Positions 39,045-50,187 of a stretch of 64,000 nucleotides of DNA are shown here, one piece after another. Below the pieces are notes generated by a model, which made no database searches, had not been told where the DNA came from, and saw only the letters and a program-made list of their open reading frames with translations. How positions within the stretch are numbered: position 1 is the stretch's first letter; each line of letters begins with the position of its first letter. Source of the DNA: Candidatus Sungiibacteriota bacterium (lineage in GTDB: Bacteria; Patescibacteriota; Minisyncoccia; Sungbacterales; HO2-52-23); assembly GCA_016180435.1 (NCBI GenBank), contig JACPBG010000002.1, forward strand, positions 144,682 through 208,681, in the 5' to 3' direction. Made by a program: the position numbers and the translations under genes.

Positions 39045-41970
39045 GAAGACCTTAATAACAGTAAATCGAAAATTATTGCTGGCCATCTTATTTTTAGTGA
39101 GCGTAGCATTTACCGAAGCCGGGGCGACTGCCAACGACTCTTCCATAACTCTTAAAAAACCCCCGGGCGCGGAACGATTTATTTTGACCATTAACGATCC
39201 TGATGGAATTCAGGAGTTTTCGCTTTCTCCGGCCGCGCAATTCCGTTACGGCGGAATGTTGAGCGGCTGCAATAAGTCATTTTCGATTAAGGATGTATCC
39301 TTCAATGACCCGGCTGATTTTACGCCCAAGATGCCTGCCTATGTTATTGATTGTCAGAACAATACTCTGGAGCTTGAAATTTTTACTCCGGTTAAAGGGA
39401 TAGCTAAAAGTGTTGCGGTAAAAAAAGAAGCTCCGGCGCCGTCCCCGACGCCTGTAGAGAATTTAGAACTTAGAACCGAGAACTTAGCAAAACTTCCCGA
39501 AAAAAAGGGGCCTTTGTTGGCCGAAGACATTCGGTATCCGGTGCCCGAATTGGGAAATTGCCAAAGCGAGGCCGAATGCCGTTCGTATTGCGATAATGTT
39601 AATCACGCTAAGGAGTGCCTGGCATTTGCCAAGAAATATAATCTGATTTCAGCAGGAGAAGCCCAGGAAGCGGCTGATAAATTCCTTAATGTTAAAAATG
39701 GCCCCGGCGGCTGCAATTCCTGGTCTTCTTGCGAAAATTATTGCAATTCAATTGATCATCTGGATGCATGTATTACTTTTGCCGAGGAGACCGGTTATTA
39801 TTCCGGCGATAAATTGGCCGAGGCCCGAAAATTTCAAGGCCTGATAAAATCCGGGGAGAAATTTCCCGGAGGATGCCGCGATCGGAACTCCTGTGAAATT
39901 TATTGCGGCGACCCCAATCATATGGAAGAATGTTTGGATTTTGCCGAAAAAAGCGGCTTTATGCCCAAAGAGGAAATAGCGGAGGCCAGAAAATTCATGG
40001 CTTTAATGCGTAAAGGCGAGAGCCCGGGCGGATGCACCTCCAAAGAACAATGTGAAAAATATTGTTTTGAAGAAGATCATATGAATGAGTGTATTGATTT
40101 CGGTCTGAAAGCGGGAGTTATGACCGAGGAGGAGGCAGTAATGGCCCGAAAAGTTGGAGGAAAAGGTCCGGGCGGATGCCGCAGTAAAACGCAATGCGAT
40201 GCGTATTGCGAAGAACATTCCGAGGAGTGCTTTAATTTTGCCAAGGAGCATGGATTGATGAGTGAAAAAGACCTGGAACGAATGAGCAAGGGAATGGAAC
40301 AGTTCCGCGCTAATCTTGAAAAAATGCCTCCGGAAGCAGTTCAGTGTCTTGAGGATGCTATCGGCGAAGAAAATTTTGAGAAAATCAAAAATGGACAGCC
40401 GATTTTTGATAGAAGCATGGAAGGAAAAATGAAATCCTGTTTTGGACGGATGAGCGCCGATTTCAGTAAAAAGTTAGAGAAGCTCCCGCCCCAAGCCACG
40501 CAATGCATTAAAGATGCGGTGGGGGAAGAAGGACTGCAAAAATTACAAAGCGGAGAATTCGGCGAAGATCTTAATTTTGAATCATTGGAAGGATGTTTTA
40601 AGGCATTGCAGCAATCGTTGGGCGGAGGAGGTAATTTTAGCAAAGGCGGATTTGAGGGCCCCGGCGGATGCAAAAGCATGGAAGAATGCGTAGAGTATTG
40701 TACTGCCCATCATGAGGAGTGTGCGGGTTTTAGTCCTCCGGGTGGAGGCGGCGGAGGATTTCAGCGGGGTGATGGAGGATTTCAGGGCGGTGGACCGGGA
40801 GGATGCAGGAGCGAGGAAGAATGCCGGTCTTATTGCGAGGAACATCCGGATGAATGTGGCGGCGGGGGCGGTATGGGCGGTGGCGGCAGTAATGGTGTAA
40901 ATACGGGCGGTGGATTTAACGGACCCGGCGGCTGCGCTTCTATAGAGGGATGCATCGTATATTGCCGATCGCATACGGAAGATCGCGAATGCCGGGCTTA
41001 TACAGGCGGCGGAGAAGGGGGCGCGGGTTTTTCCGGTCCGGGCGGCTGTGCATCCATAGAGGATTGCGTGAGATATTGCCAAGCGCATTTTCAAGATCAA
41101 GAGTGCCAAGCCTACATAGGAGGCGGTGGCGGCGGGGGAGGAAACATTGGCGGCAATTCGCCAAGTTGCGCTCCGGCGCCTTTGGGCTTAGTCAGTTGGT
41201 GGAAAGGGGAATCAAGCGCGCAAGACAGTGCTGACGGAAATAGCGGAGCTCTTTCCGGAGGAGCTGGTTTTGCTGATGACGGAAAAGTCGGGAAGGCGTT
41301 TAAATTTAATAAAGGCAGCGTCAATATCGGAAATCCCGCTAATCTGAATTTCGGGACCGGGCCATTTTCTTTGGAGGCCTGGTTTCGCTGGGACGGCGGA
41401 GAAGGCGTAAATAATATCATCCGAAAATCAAACTATCCTTCCAGCGGCCCCGGATCGGGATATTGGTTCAGGGTAGGCAATGGAACCCTGGAATTTTCGA
41501 TTGGAGAAACTACCCAATCCGAAGGCCAGACCATTATTACCGCGCCCGTGGCTTCCGGAGTTTGGCATTATGCCGTTGGCACGAAAGATGATTCCGGCGG
41601 CGTTAAGTTATATGTGGATGGCGAGTCCCGGGGAACTATCCTGCGGTCTGCTCCCGGTACGCAATCAACAAGTGATGATCAGTTTACACTCGGATCATGG
41701 CGGGCGAGCTCCGAATTTTTTTCCGGCCTGATCGATGAGGTTTCCGTATATAACCGAGCGCTTAACGCGTCAGAAGTCCAGGCCATTTTCAATGCGGGTA
41801 ATGCGGGTAAATGCTCTGTTCAGTCAAGTCCCGCGCCAATTCCTCCGCCCGGCGGCCAAATCCCTCCGGAATATTGTTCATATTTTACAGCCGTACCAAG
41901 TTGTTCCTATGTTGGTCCGGCGGGATCGCAAGATTATAATTACTGCAAGCAGTGTTTTCCGGATAAATAA
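39043..41970 (+). CDS. Secreted Cys-rich repeat protein with C-terminal LamG/concanavalin-like domain
   Basis: Nine (G)PGGCxSxxxCxxYC..HxxEC-type repeats, Gly-rich linkers, GLVSWW / FSGLIDEVSVYNRAL LamG motifs. Confidence 0.8.
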   Translation: MKTLITVNRKLLLAILFLVSVAFTEAGATANDSSITLKKPPGAERFILTINDPDGIQEFSLSPAAQFRYGGMLSGCNKSFSIKDVSFNDPADFTPKMPAYVIDCQNNTLELEIFTPVKGIAKSVAVKKEAPAPSPTPVENLELRTENLAKLPEKKGPLLAEDIRYPVPELGNCQSEAECRSYCDNVNHAKECLAFAKKYNLISAGEAQEAADKFLNVKNGPGGCNSWSSCENYCNSIDHLDACITFAEETGYYSGDKLAEARKFQGLIKSGEKFPGGCRDRNSCEIYCGDPNHMEECLDFAEKSGFMPKEEIAEARKFMALMRKGESPGGCTSKEQCEKYCFEEDHMNECIDFGLKAGVMTEEEAVMARKVGGKGPGGCRSKTQCDAYCEEHSEECFNFAKEHGLMSEKDLERMSKGMEQFRANLEKMPPEAVQCLEDAIGEENFEKIKNGQPIFDRSMEGKMKSCFGRMSADFSKKLEKLPPQATQCIKDAVGEEGLQKLQSGEFGEDLNFESLEGCFKALQQSLGGGGNFSKGGFEGPGGCKSMEECVEYCTAHHEECAGFSPPGGGGGGFQRGDGGFQGGGPGGCRSEEECRSYCEEHPDECGGGGGMGGGGSNGVNTGGGFNGPGGCASIEGCIVYCRSHTEDRECRAYTGGGEGGAGFSGPGGCASIEDCVRYCQAHFQDQECQAYIGGGGGGGGNIGGNSPSCAPAPLGLVSWWKGESSAQDSADGNSGALSGGAGFADDGKVGKAFKFNKGSVNIGNPANLNFGTGPFSLEAWFRWDGGEGVNNIIRKSNYPSSGPGSGYWFRVGNGTLEFSIGETTQSEGQTIITAPVASGVWHYAVGTKDDSGGVKLYVDGESRGTILRSAPGTQSTSDDQFTLGSWRASSEFFSGLIDEVSVYNRALNASEVQAIFNAGNAGKCSVQSSPAPIPPPGGQIPPEYCSYFTAVPSCSYVGPAGSQDYNYCKQCFPDK

Positions 41971-42226
41971 ATCGTCAACGAATAACGAATTTTTTTACGA
42001 ATATAACGAATTTGTTCTACTTTATGAAGTCCGACTTCCTGCGGGAAGTCGGACTTCTGGTTTCCGGCTCCCCCTCGTTATTTAAACGGCGGAACTGTGC
42101 ATAACTTGACTATGGCGTACCGGACATATAAATCCTATAATAAAAGCAATTATTAATTATATTTTTATACATTATTTGCGGAATTCCATGGGTTTACCCA
42201 CGGGCTTCTAATTTTTTAAAAAAGTT

Positions 42227-45200
42227 ATGCACAATATCAAACGATTATTTACCCCGTTACTTGATTGTGGAGTATGGAACCTTACGGAAAATATGAACGA
42301 CCATTGCGACAAACCAGCAGTAAGACCGCGGGGTATTCAAGTAATGGGGTTTTTACCCGCGATTTTTGCCGGCGTTTTTTTAATTTTAGCCGGTCCGGCC
42401 CAGGCCGCTATCAGTATTGCCGCTCCGCCGATTGACGCCATATTTGGAGATAAAACCGCCGGCGGAGGATCATATATGCCTTTGATGAAATTTCAGTTAA
42501 ACCAGTCCTCGGGTTCGGATACGCTGTCAAGCGTCCGGGTCGCGATTTACTCAACCACCACGCCCAATAACTTAACCACCGGAGAGATCAATAAACTTTA
42601 TCTTTTCAAAGAATCCGGCGCGCATTTTGATTTTCAGCCGGGTGAAGATATTCAGGTTAACACCGGTGCTAACGAAGTTACGGATCCGGCCACCAGCACC
42701 GCCGTAACCATTACCGTGGACGCGGATAAAAATACGGTGGGCACGTCCCCCACGGAATATTATATAGTAGGCCGCGCCACTACGAGTGCCGCAACTGCGG
42801 CGGGTAAAATTACCAATGGACATGCGCTCTACGCCACAACCTCCGCTAATTGGCTTACAACTTCGGCCGTATCCCTGGGAAGTGAATTTATCGGACAGCG
42901 AAAAATCACGCTGGAGCAGTCAGCGGCTTTGAAGATCAGCGAGGTGCGTTTGGGCACCACCGGCAATGCCGGTAATGAGTTCATTGAACTTTATAATACA
43001 TCTGATTTTCCGGTTGATTTGTCGCTTTTGCCTTTGAACCTTTATATTTTTGATGCCTCCGGCGGCGCGGGATTAAAGTCCCTGACTTATTTTAAAAAAA
43101 TCATTCCGGCCAAAGGGTTTTTCCTGATTGCCTCCGAAACCAATTATAGCGGAGCCACGCCTCCGGATGCGGTTTATACCACGTTTTCCGGAAATACTTT
43201 GATCTCCGATACCGGATTAGCCATAGCCACTTCCAGCGCCGTAGCCAATGCCACCAGTTCGGATATTGATCGGATTGCCTGGGGCGCCCAGCCCGCGGCC
43301 AATGCCGAGGGAACGGCTCTGGCTGATCTTGCGGCAGACAGGAGTTATGAGCGCAAAGCAAGCACCACCTCGACCAATGCCACTATGGCGCCGGGAGGAA
43401 TAGATGCCGGTAAAGGCAATGGCCATGATGTGGATGCCAACAGCACGGATTTTGTGGAACAAACCGGCGCCGGAGTTAATCCGCAAAATTCGTCAAGTCC
43501 GCATGAGTTTTCTTTTGGCGGCGGGGTGATTGATTCGGAAAAGCCCTTTGTAGGCGGATCATATCCTGGTCCGAATCAGACTGGAGTTCCGGTGGACATG
43601 CCTTTTATCGGTTTTGGATTTAATAAGGTTGTGGCAACCGGCACCATTATTTCGGCTACTGCCACCTCAACCGTAACTCTTACTGCTGCCGGGTCCGGCA
43701 CCAATCTTTGCACCAGCGTATCGTATAATCCCTTTCCGTCTAATTTTGAGCCGCCGGCCAAATGTAATCTATCGGCCCAGTTATTGATCAGCACCACTTA
43801 TACTTTTACGGTGGCAACTTCTGTGGCAGATCTTTCCGGAAATGCATTGGATCAAGATTCGTTTTTAGCCGGAAATCAGGCGCATCAATTTACCTTTAGT
43901 ACCGGCGGAGCCGGACAGACCATTACCAATACCATTCCGCCGGCAGTAACAGGCACTAATCCATTTCCCGGAGGCATTAATATCCCGACCAATATTGCCA
44001 AAATTTCCGTAAAATTCAGCCAGTCCACCATGGATACGTCAACTCTGAATGCAACCAACATTACCTTATCGGGTGCGACGCTTTCGGGATTTTCGTTCGA
44101 TGCCACTACAAGTTTATTGTCTATTGTTCCGAGTTCTCTGGTGGCGAATACAAGTTATACTTTGACCGTGGGTACGGGCGTAAAGAACTTAAACGGGATT
44201 TTTATGCCCGGACCGTATATAACCACTTTTAAAACCGGAGGGGGCGCGGATTATACGGCTCCGAATGTGGTTGGGGTTTTGCCCACTCCCGGCACTACGC
44301 TTCCTTTGAATGCGGTTGATTTTGTTTTTTCCACGGATGATCATCTTGATCCATCCACTGCAACATCCGGCGCCGTAACCTTGTCTTTCGGCGGGTCTAA
44401 TCTGCCCGGTGCTGTAAGTTATGATTCAGTGGCCAAAGAAGGGCATTTTACCGCAACCAATCCTTTGCTGGCCGGCGCGGCAAACAATCTTGTTTTGACG
44501 CTGGTGGGCGGAGCGTTAAAAAATATTACCGGTTCAACAACTGCGGCAGTTGTACGCGCCTGGTCAACCGAAGGCGCCAATTCGGACTCTACCGGACCGA
44601 CCGTTATTTTTGCCAATTCCGATCCGTTCGGTCTGGCCGTAACATTTAATGAGGCCGTGAAAGAAACCGATGCGAAGACATTGGCAAACTACAGTTTAAC
44701 TGTCGGCGGATCCTCTTTGCCGTTAAGCAGTTTTGCCGGACATACGATTTCATATGATGTTTCCCGCCGGACTTCAAAAATTTCCGGAGTGTTTTTGTCC
44801 CCGGGCGCGGTATTTAATATCAGCGCATCCAATATCCGCGATATTTCGGGAAACGCAATGTCCGGATCATCCGCCGCCACAAGTACCGTTATGACCGGCG
44901 CGGCCTCCGGTGGATTCCTGGGACCCGGTGAGTCAACCGGAAATTACGGTCCGGATATCAAGGATTTTTCGTCATCCGGCATTGGTTTTATGCCGGGCAC
45001 GAGAGTCATGCCGATTAACGCCTTTATTTCAGCCAGCACTACCTATGGATTTGAACTTCCCTTATCTAAACAAATTTCAGCTAACGGCACGATTGTAATC
45101 ACTTTTCCTTCAAGTTCGGATTTCGGGGTGTGCTGTGCTGCTACCAGTTCCGCATCCAACCCTTTTATTTCCGAGCAAAACAAAGACATAAACGGTCCGG

Positions 45201-48200
45201 GGGACGGGCTCATTGGCATAAAAACCATTACCAAAGATACGACTGCCAAGACCATTACTTTAACTTTGGATACGGCCACGCGTTCGGAATTGGGAGATAC
45301 GCATGACTTTTTGCGCTTGGCGTTAAATGACATTAAAAATCCCTCGGTTCCCAAAGGCATAGACAGTTCCGGATATGCTCTGGATATAAAAACCAAAAGT
45401 TCAGCCGGCGCTATTCTGGAAACATTTACTTCCAATCCGATCTTTGTTTCCGGCGGAGCAGTGGGAGGATCGGCCACCACCACGATCAGGGGCAAAATTT
45501 CAGGGGATAGCGAGAATTTAGCCGGAGTTTCGGTGCGCATAATGTCTCCGCAAATCGGGATGCTGGAATCAACCACGGATGCCAATGGCGATTACCAGTT
45601 CTTGAATGTGCCGGTCAATGATCAGATTTCAAGCTTTGGCGGGGCCGGGGCGGAATATTTCTTTTTTACCGATCCCTTTATTGATCCGACCAATACCGCC
45701 ACGGACTTTTTTGGCAATCCCCAGCCGATTCCCATACGCGCAACCTCAACCAGTATTGTTACCCAGAATTTAACTCTGACCCCGACAACGCAGGCCGTGA
45801 ATTTCACTGTAAAAATTACCGGAAATAATTTAACTAATGCGATTTTCAAAGTCGGGGAGTCGGTGGATGTTTTTGCCGGCGGGCCATCCAAATTCGTGGT
45901 AAAGACCGTTTCAACGAGCGCCACGAATTATAGCGCTACTACTCTTACAACCATGCCTATTCCTCAAACCAACGGAATTTGGGGCATTGGCTTGGGTCCG
46001 GCTATGCCCAAAGGCATGGGTAGTATGAATTTCGGTCCTCCGCCCTCGCCCCTATGGGTTGTGCCCAAGCCGGTTGAAGTTGAAGTTAGCGGATGTCCGG
46101 ATGCGTGTACATCTACCATTAATGGAAGCACGGCAACGTCCTATACGTTTACAGTTTCAGTTGCTAACCGTCCGATCACCGGAATTTTAAAAGACGGATC
46201 AGGCAATGTGATTTCCGGAGCCGAAGTGTTTGCCTTTTCTCCGGCAGCCGGCATTGGCAATCACATTCAGACCGCGCCCAATGGAGTATTTACGGTTTTG
46301 GTGACCGACGGTTCATTTAATGTGGGAGCCTTTATTCCGGGAATCGGAAGTTCATCTGAAATTCCGGTAACAGTCAACGCCTCCGGAGTATTTGTGAACG
46401 GTTCCACAACCGCATCCACCGGCGCTACGGGCGCCAATCCGTTTGTTTTGACTATTAAAAAGCCGAGTTTCACCATTACCGGTCGGGTGAGCGACGGTTC
46501 CAGTGCCGTATCCAATGCTCCGGTGTTCTCGTATCGCACTGATGCGCCCGGACACGCGGATGCGGTTACCGATTCTTCCGGAAATTATACTTTATATGTG
46601 GATAACGGCACCTGGAAAGTGAATGCGTTTGTGCCGGGATTTGGTCCAGCCGGGGAGCAGACCGCGACTATCAGCGGATCTTCCAAGTCCGGAGTAAATT
46701 TCTCGCCTTCCACCTCGGTTACTTTCCGCACCATAACCGGAATTGTGTTTGAATCCGCGGATGCTGCGATTGCCACTTCCACCGAAGGAGTTTCCGGAGT
46801 TGTAGTTCGGGTATCCGGCGCCAATGGCACGAATGAGGCCTTGACCGGATCAGACGGCACTTTTACGATCCGCGTTCCGTCCGGATCCTACAATATCGTG
46901 GATATTTTCAAGCCCGGTTATGGCAGAATTCCTCCGCTAAATCATGCGCTGTCCGCTATTGGCGCAATTGACGTATCAAGCGGAAATGCTTACCAGCCGA
47001 TCCGCATAAATTCGCGCAGCACCGTTACCATAACGGTAAAAGATTCAAGCGGCAGTCCGCTTACCGTATCCAAGGCATTCATTGACCTTTTTGACGCCAA
47101 TAAGAACTTTGGAAATCATGCGGTAATTACCAATGGCACCACCACCACGATCCAAATTTCGCAAGGAGCATCTTCAACCATACGCGCCTTTGTGGAAGGA
47201 GTTCCTCAAGCCAATGTTTCGGTGGCATCCGATGCCGGCGCCGGGACTTTGGTACTGTCCGGGGTTTTGGAAGTAAACGCCGCAACCGAAGCCATAAAGA
47301 TTACGGTAAATACCAATACTGCGGCTTTGCATTCGGTTTCCGGAACGGTTTATGCCGGATCGGTTGCCGCGGGCAATGAATTGGCGGATGCCTGGGTGCA
47401 GTTTGTGGATTCTTCCAATAACGTGCATTTCGGAACTCAAGCAACTTCTTCCGGAATATATTCTTTGCGCGTGGCCAGCAGTACCTATCAAGTAGCGGCC
47501 ATGAAACCCGGATACATCAGCACTCCCGCATCCATTACTATAAATGCCGCAACTTCCAGCACACATGTTGTAGTGGTCCAGGCCGCCTCCAGCATCAAAG
47601 GATCAATCACGGCCGGGGGATCAGCTGCTTCGGGTGCTTTTGTCTGGGCGGAGAAACTTGGCGGAGGATTTGCATCCAGCCGCACTGATACGTCCGGAAC
47701 ATATACCCTAACCGTGGATTCCGGCCAGTGGAAAGTATTTGCCGCGGCTGAAGGGTACACCAAGGCCGCTTATTCTTCCAATCCGGCATCAGCCGGCGCC
47801 AGCGGCATAGATATTGCCCTGACTTCTCTGGCCAGCAGTATTAGTTCAACTTTGGTTACGTCTAATACTTTTTCGGATAATTCAACCGGAGTTTTGTCCG
47901 ATTCCACTTTGGGGGTTAAAGTGTCGCTTGATTCTGGGGCGCTCGGATCAGCCGGAACCAATGCCTATGTTACGGCTAAAGAAACCTCCAATGTTCCCGA
48001 GACCCTTGATACCAATATCATCGGCGATAAAGGAATTGATATTGATGCGGTAAACGGATCAAGCGCAGTTACTAAACTGCAAACCGGCAAAAGCGCTGAA
48101 ATTACCATGAATTATACTAAGACCGAACTTGCCGCAGACGGAATTGATACTACGGACGAAGTTGCGGCTCTGAAAGTTGTGAGCTGGAGCGATGATAAAA

Positions 48201-49477
48201 AGTCCTGGGAATCGCTGACCACTGTCGCGACATATAAAGATGCGGACGGCAATCCGGTGGCAACACCAACGTCCAATCTTTCCAATGTGACCAGCGTTGA
48301 TTTCACTACCGTCGGCGCATCTCACTTTTCCGAATACGCCTTGTCATCTCCGACCAATTCCGATGCTCCGGCCATTCCCACCGGACTTGCGGTTAGCGAC
48401 AGCGGTACCACCGCCACCCTTACTTGGACCGCTAACACCGAATCGGATTTGTCCGGATACTTTATTTATCGTGATACCACTGCGGCCGGATCTTTCCCGC
48501 AACTTGCGCAGGTTGGCGCGGTAACCACTTATTCCAGCACCGGACTTACGGCGGGCCAGACATATTATTATAAGATTTCCGCTTTTGATACGGCCAGTAA
48601 CGAATCAGCTGCCAGCGCATCCAAATATGTTACGATTGCTCCGTCATCCGGAGGTTCAAGCAGCGGCGGTGGAGCAAGCGGCGGCGGCGGAGGCGGAGGA
48701 GGTGTTTCTTCGGTATCTGTATCTACACCCACGCCTACGCCCACATCCACACCCACACCTATTTCTGCATTAACATCAGTTACAACACCAGCGCCTTTTG
48801 CAGTAGCATCGCCTCCGGCGTCTGTTGTCGCTAAACCATCCGCGGTTGCCATAGCCGCATCCCCGGTATTTAACTCGGATCTTGAGTTTGGCATGCGCGG
48901 GGAGGATGTCAGGCGTTTGCAGGAATTGTTGCGGCAAGACCCGGAAATTTATCCGGATGGAATTGTGAGCGGATATTTCGGCCCCTTGACCGCGCAGGCC
49001 GTAAGAAAATTCCAGGAAAAATACGGGCTTCCGGCGGTGGGAAGAGTTGGACCGCTAACCCGAGAAAAATTGAGCAGAGCATTTGGGCAAAGCGTACCTG
49101 CGCCTGAAGTTGCTAAGCCCTCTTCGGTCGCCGTATCCGCATCCCCGGTATTTAACTCGGATCTTGAACCCGGTATGCGCGGGGAGGATGTCAGGCGTTT
49201 GCAGGAATTATTGCGGCAAGACCCGGAAATTTATCCGGATGGAATTGTGAGCGGATATTTCGGCCCCTTGACCGCGCAGGCAGTCAGGCGTTTCCAAATA
49301 AAGCATGGTCTGCCATCTCCCGGGCGGGTAGGGCCGCAAACCAGAACTAAACTTCAAGAGGCGTTCGGCGGCGCATCATCACTTTCTGCTCCGTTGGTTT
49401 CTCCCGATGAACGTATCCGTGAATTACAGGAAAAACTCCGCTTGCTTCAGGAACAAGTTCAAAAGCTCCTGCGTTAA
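42227..49477 (+). CDS. Giant (2416 aa) surface protein: lamin-tail domain, Ig-like (Big_5) repeats, carboxypeptidase-regulatory-like repeats, FN3, two PG-binding domains
   Basis: KISEV..NEFIELYN, L.ANTSYTLTV, WTANTESDLSGY.IYR / YYYKISAFD, 2x GEDVRRLQELL..GYFGPLT..AV. Confidence 0.82.
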   Translation: MHNIKRLFTPLLDCGVWNLTENMNDHCDKPAVRPRGIQVMGFLPAIFAGVFLILAGPAQAAISIAAPPIDAIFGDKTAGGGSYMPLMKFQLNQSSGSDTLSSVRVAIYSTTTPNNLTTGEINKLYLFKESGAHFDFQPGEDIQVNTGANEVTDPATSTAVTITVDADKNTVGTSPTEYYIVGRATTSAATAAGKITNGHALYATTSANWLTTSAVSLGSEFIGQRKITLEQSAALKISEVRLGTTGNAGNEFIELYNTSDFPVDLSLLPLNLYIFDASGGAGLKSLTYFKKIIPAKGFFLIASETNYSGATPPDAVYTTFSGNTLISDTGLAIATSSAVANATSSDIDRIAWGAQPAANAEGTALADLAADRSYERKASTTSTNATMAPGGIDAGKGNGHDVDANSTDFVEQTGAGVNPQNSSSPHEFSFGGGVIDSEKPFVGGSYPGPNQTGVPVDMPFIGFGFNKVVATGTIISATATSTVTLTAAGSGTNLCTSVSYNPFPSNFEPPAKCNLSAQLLISTTYTFTVATSVADLSGNALDQDSFLAGNQAHQFTFSTGGAGQTITNTIPPAVTGTNPFPGGINIPTNIAKISVKFSQSTMDTSTLNATNITLSGATLSGFSFDATTSLLSIVPSSLVANTSYTLTVGTGVKNLNGIFMPGPYITTFKTGGGADYTAPNVVGVLPTPGTTLPLNAVDFVFSTDDHLDPSTATSGAVTLSFGGSNLPGAVSYDSVAKEGHFTATNPLLAGAANNLVLTLVGGALKNITGSTTAAVVRAWSTEGANSDSTGPTVIFANSDPFGLAVTFNEAVKETDAKTLANYSLTVGGSSLPLSSFAGHTISYDVSRRTSKISGVFLSPGAVFNISASNIRDISGNAMSGSSAATSTVMTGAASGGFLGPGESTGNYGPDIKDFSSSGIGFMPGTRVMPINAFISASTTYGFELPLSKQISANGTIVITFPSSSDFGVCCAATSSASNPFISEQNKDINGPGDGLIGIKTITKDTTAKTITLTLDTATRSELGDTHDFLRLALNDIKNPSVPKGIDSSGYALDIKTKSSAGAILETFTSNPIFVSGGAVGGSATTTIRGKISGDSENLAGVSVRIMSPQIGMLESTTDANGDYQFLNVPVNDQISSFGGAGAEYFFFTDPFIDPTNTATDFFGNPQPIPIRATSTSIVTQNLTLTPTTQAVNFTVKITGNNLTNAIFKVGESVDVFAGGPSKFVVKTVSTSATNYSATTLTTMPIPQTNGIWGIGLGPAMPKGMGSMNFGPPPSPLWVVPKPVEVEVSGCPDACTSTINGSTATSYTFTVSVANRPITGILKDGSGNVISGAEVFAFSPAAGIGNHIQTAPNGVFTVLVTDGSFNVGAFIPGIGSSSEIPVTVNASGVFVNGSTTASTGATGANPFVLTIKKPSFTITGRVSDGSSAVSNAPVFSYRTDAPGHADAVTDSSGNYTLYVDNGTWKVNAFVPGFGPAGEQTATISGSSKSGVNFSPSTSVTFRTITGIVFESADAAIATSTEGVSGVVVRVSGANGTNEALTGSDGTFTIRVPSGSYNIVDIFKPGYGRIPPLNHALSAIGAIDVSSGNAYQPIRINSRSTVTITVKDSSGSPLTVSKAFIDLFDANKNFGNHAVITNGTTTTIQISQGASSTIRAFVEGVPQANVSVASDAGAGTLVLSGVLEVNAATEAIKITVNTNTAALHSVSGTVYAGSVAAGNELADAWVQFVDSSNNVHFGTQATSSGIYSLRVASSTYQVAAMKPGYISTPASITINAATSSTHVVVVQAASSIKGSITAGGSAASGAFVWAEKLGGGFASSRTDTSGTYTLTVDSGQWKVFAAAEGYTKAAYSSNPASAGASGIDIALTSLASSISSTLVTSNTFSDNSTGVLSDSTLGVKVSLDSGALGSAGTNAYVTAKETSNVPETLDTNIIGDKGIDIDAVNGSSAVTKLQTGKSAEITMNYTKTELAADGIDTTDEVAALKVVSWSDDKKSWESLTTVATYKDADGNPVATPTSNLSNVTSVDFTTVGASHFSEYALSSPTNSDAPAIPTGLAVSDSGTTATLTWTANTESDLSGYFIYRDTTAAGSFPQLAQVGAVTTYSSTGLTAGQTYYYKISAFDTASNESAASASKYVTIAPSSGGSSSGGGASGGGGGGGGVSSVSVSTPTPTPTSTPTPISALTSVTTPAPFAVASPPASVVAKPSAVAIAASPVFNSDLEFGMRGEDVRRLQELLRQDPEIYPDGIVSGYFGPLTAQAVRKFQEKYGLPAVGRVGPLTREKLSRAFGQSVPAPEVAKPSSVAVSASPVFNSDLEPGMRGEDVRRLQELLRQDPEIYPDGIVSGYFGPLTAQAVRRFQIKHGLPSPGRVGPQTRTKLQEAFGGASSLSAPLVSPDERIRELQEKLRLLQEQVQKLLR
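48855..49281 (+). repeat. Near-identical intragenic direct repeat (two 145-bp copies, 282-bp period) encoding tandem PG-binding domains
   Basis: 48855-48999 versus 49137-49281. Confidence 0.85.
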
Positions 49478-49559
49478 AATATAAAAACTAAGTTTCCAAA
49501 CGGGAACTTAGTTTTTATCGAAACCGAGTTTCCTGCGGAAACTCGGTTTCTTAGTTTTT

Positions 49560-49658
49560 GCCCCGTTAGAGATTTATAGAATATCGAACCCAGTTAAGAA
49601 AAAAATCATATTTTCATCTATATAGTTGGGTCTTGTCGCTCCATATCTCTAACGGGGT
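49560..49658. mobile_element. CCCCGTTAGA-family element
   Basis: GCCCCGTTAGAGAT...ATCTCTAACGGGGT flanked by TT/TT. Confidence 0.75.
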
Positions 49659-49674
49659 TTGCTGCAAGCATCAA

Positions 49675-50187
49675 TTATTTAATAATTGTTCCAATTCGTA
49701 TAATCAGGGCAGCTAGCGCATTAGTCACTACGGTTTGATATATGGGAGACAGGTGATAATATTCCGAAAAATATACGGCCGCACTGGCAGTAATTAGAAA
49801 CATTATCCAAATATGGGCAAAAAGTTCTCCCCAACGCCGTCTGATTTGACGGCCGCGCCTGCGTTCTATTTCTTTTACCACCACATACACCCCCAGCGCC
49901 CCTAAATACGGTTCCGATAGGGTATCAACGATATAGGGAATGGAACGAGGCAGTTGGCGTTCAAAGAAAAATACCAGGACGATCGCGGCCAGATAAAGAT
50001 AAGTAAAAATGCTTAATGCATAATAGAGAAGATCCACGAGATTGTCCCGCAGGTATTGTTTCAATGCCGTTTGAACCCTCTCCAGGAGAGGTTCTTCGCG
50101 CATAATAAAATCGTCATTATTGAATTGTATCCCCCCTCTGAAAAAGAGGAGTTCTGTCCACCAAGCCATATCAAGGTCCTTCTCCAA
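49675..50187 (-). CDS. Hypothetical membrane protein
   Basis: Four hydrophobic segments. Confidence 0.65.
   Translation of the reverse strand: MEKDLDMAWWTELLFFRGGIQFNNDDFIMREEPLLERVQTALKQYLRDNLVDLLYYALSIFTYLYLAAIVLVFFFERQLPRSIPYIVDTLSEPYLGALGVYVVVKEIERRRGRQIRRRWGELFAHIWIMFLITASAAVYFSEYYHLSPIYQTVVTNALAALIIRIGTIIK

Noticed and set aside
28317-48894. Numerous minus-strand ORFs opposite the large surface genes
   Set aside because: Antisense shadows of long coding frames with no independent motifs.
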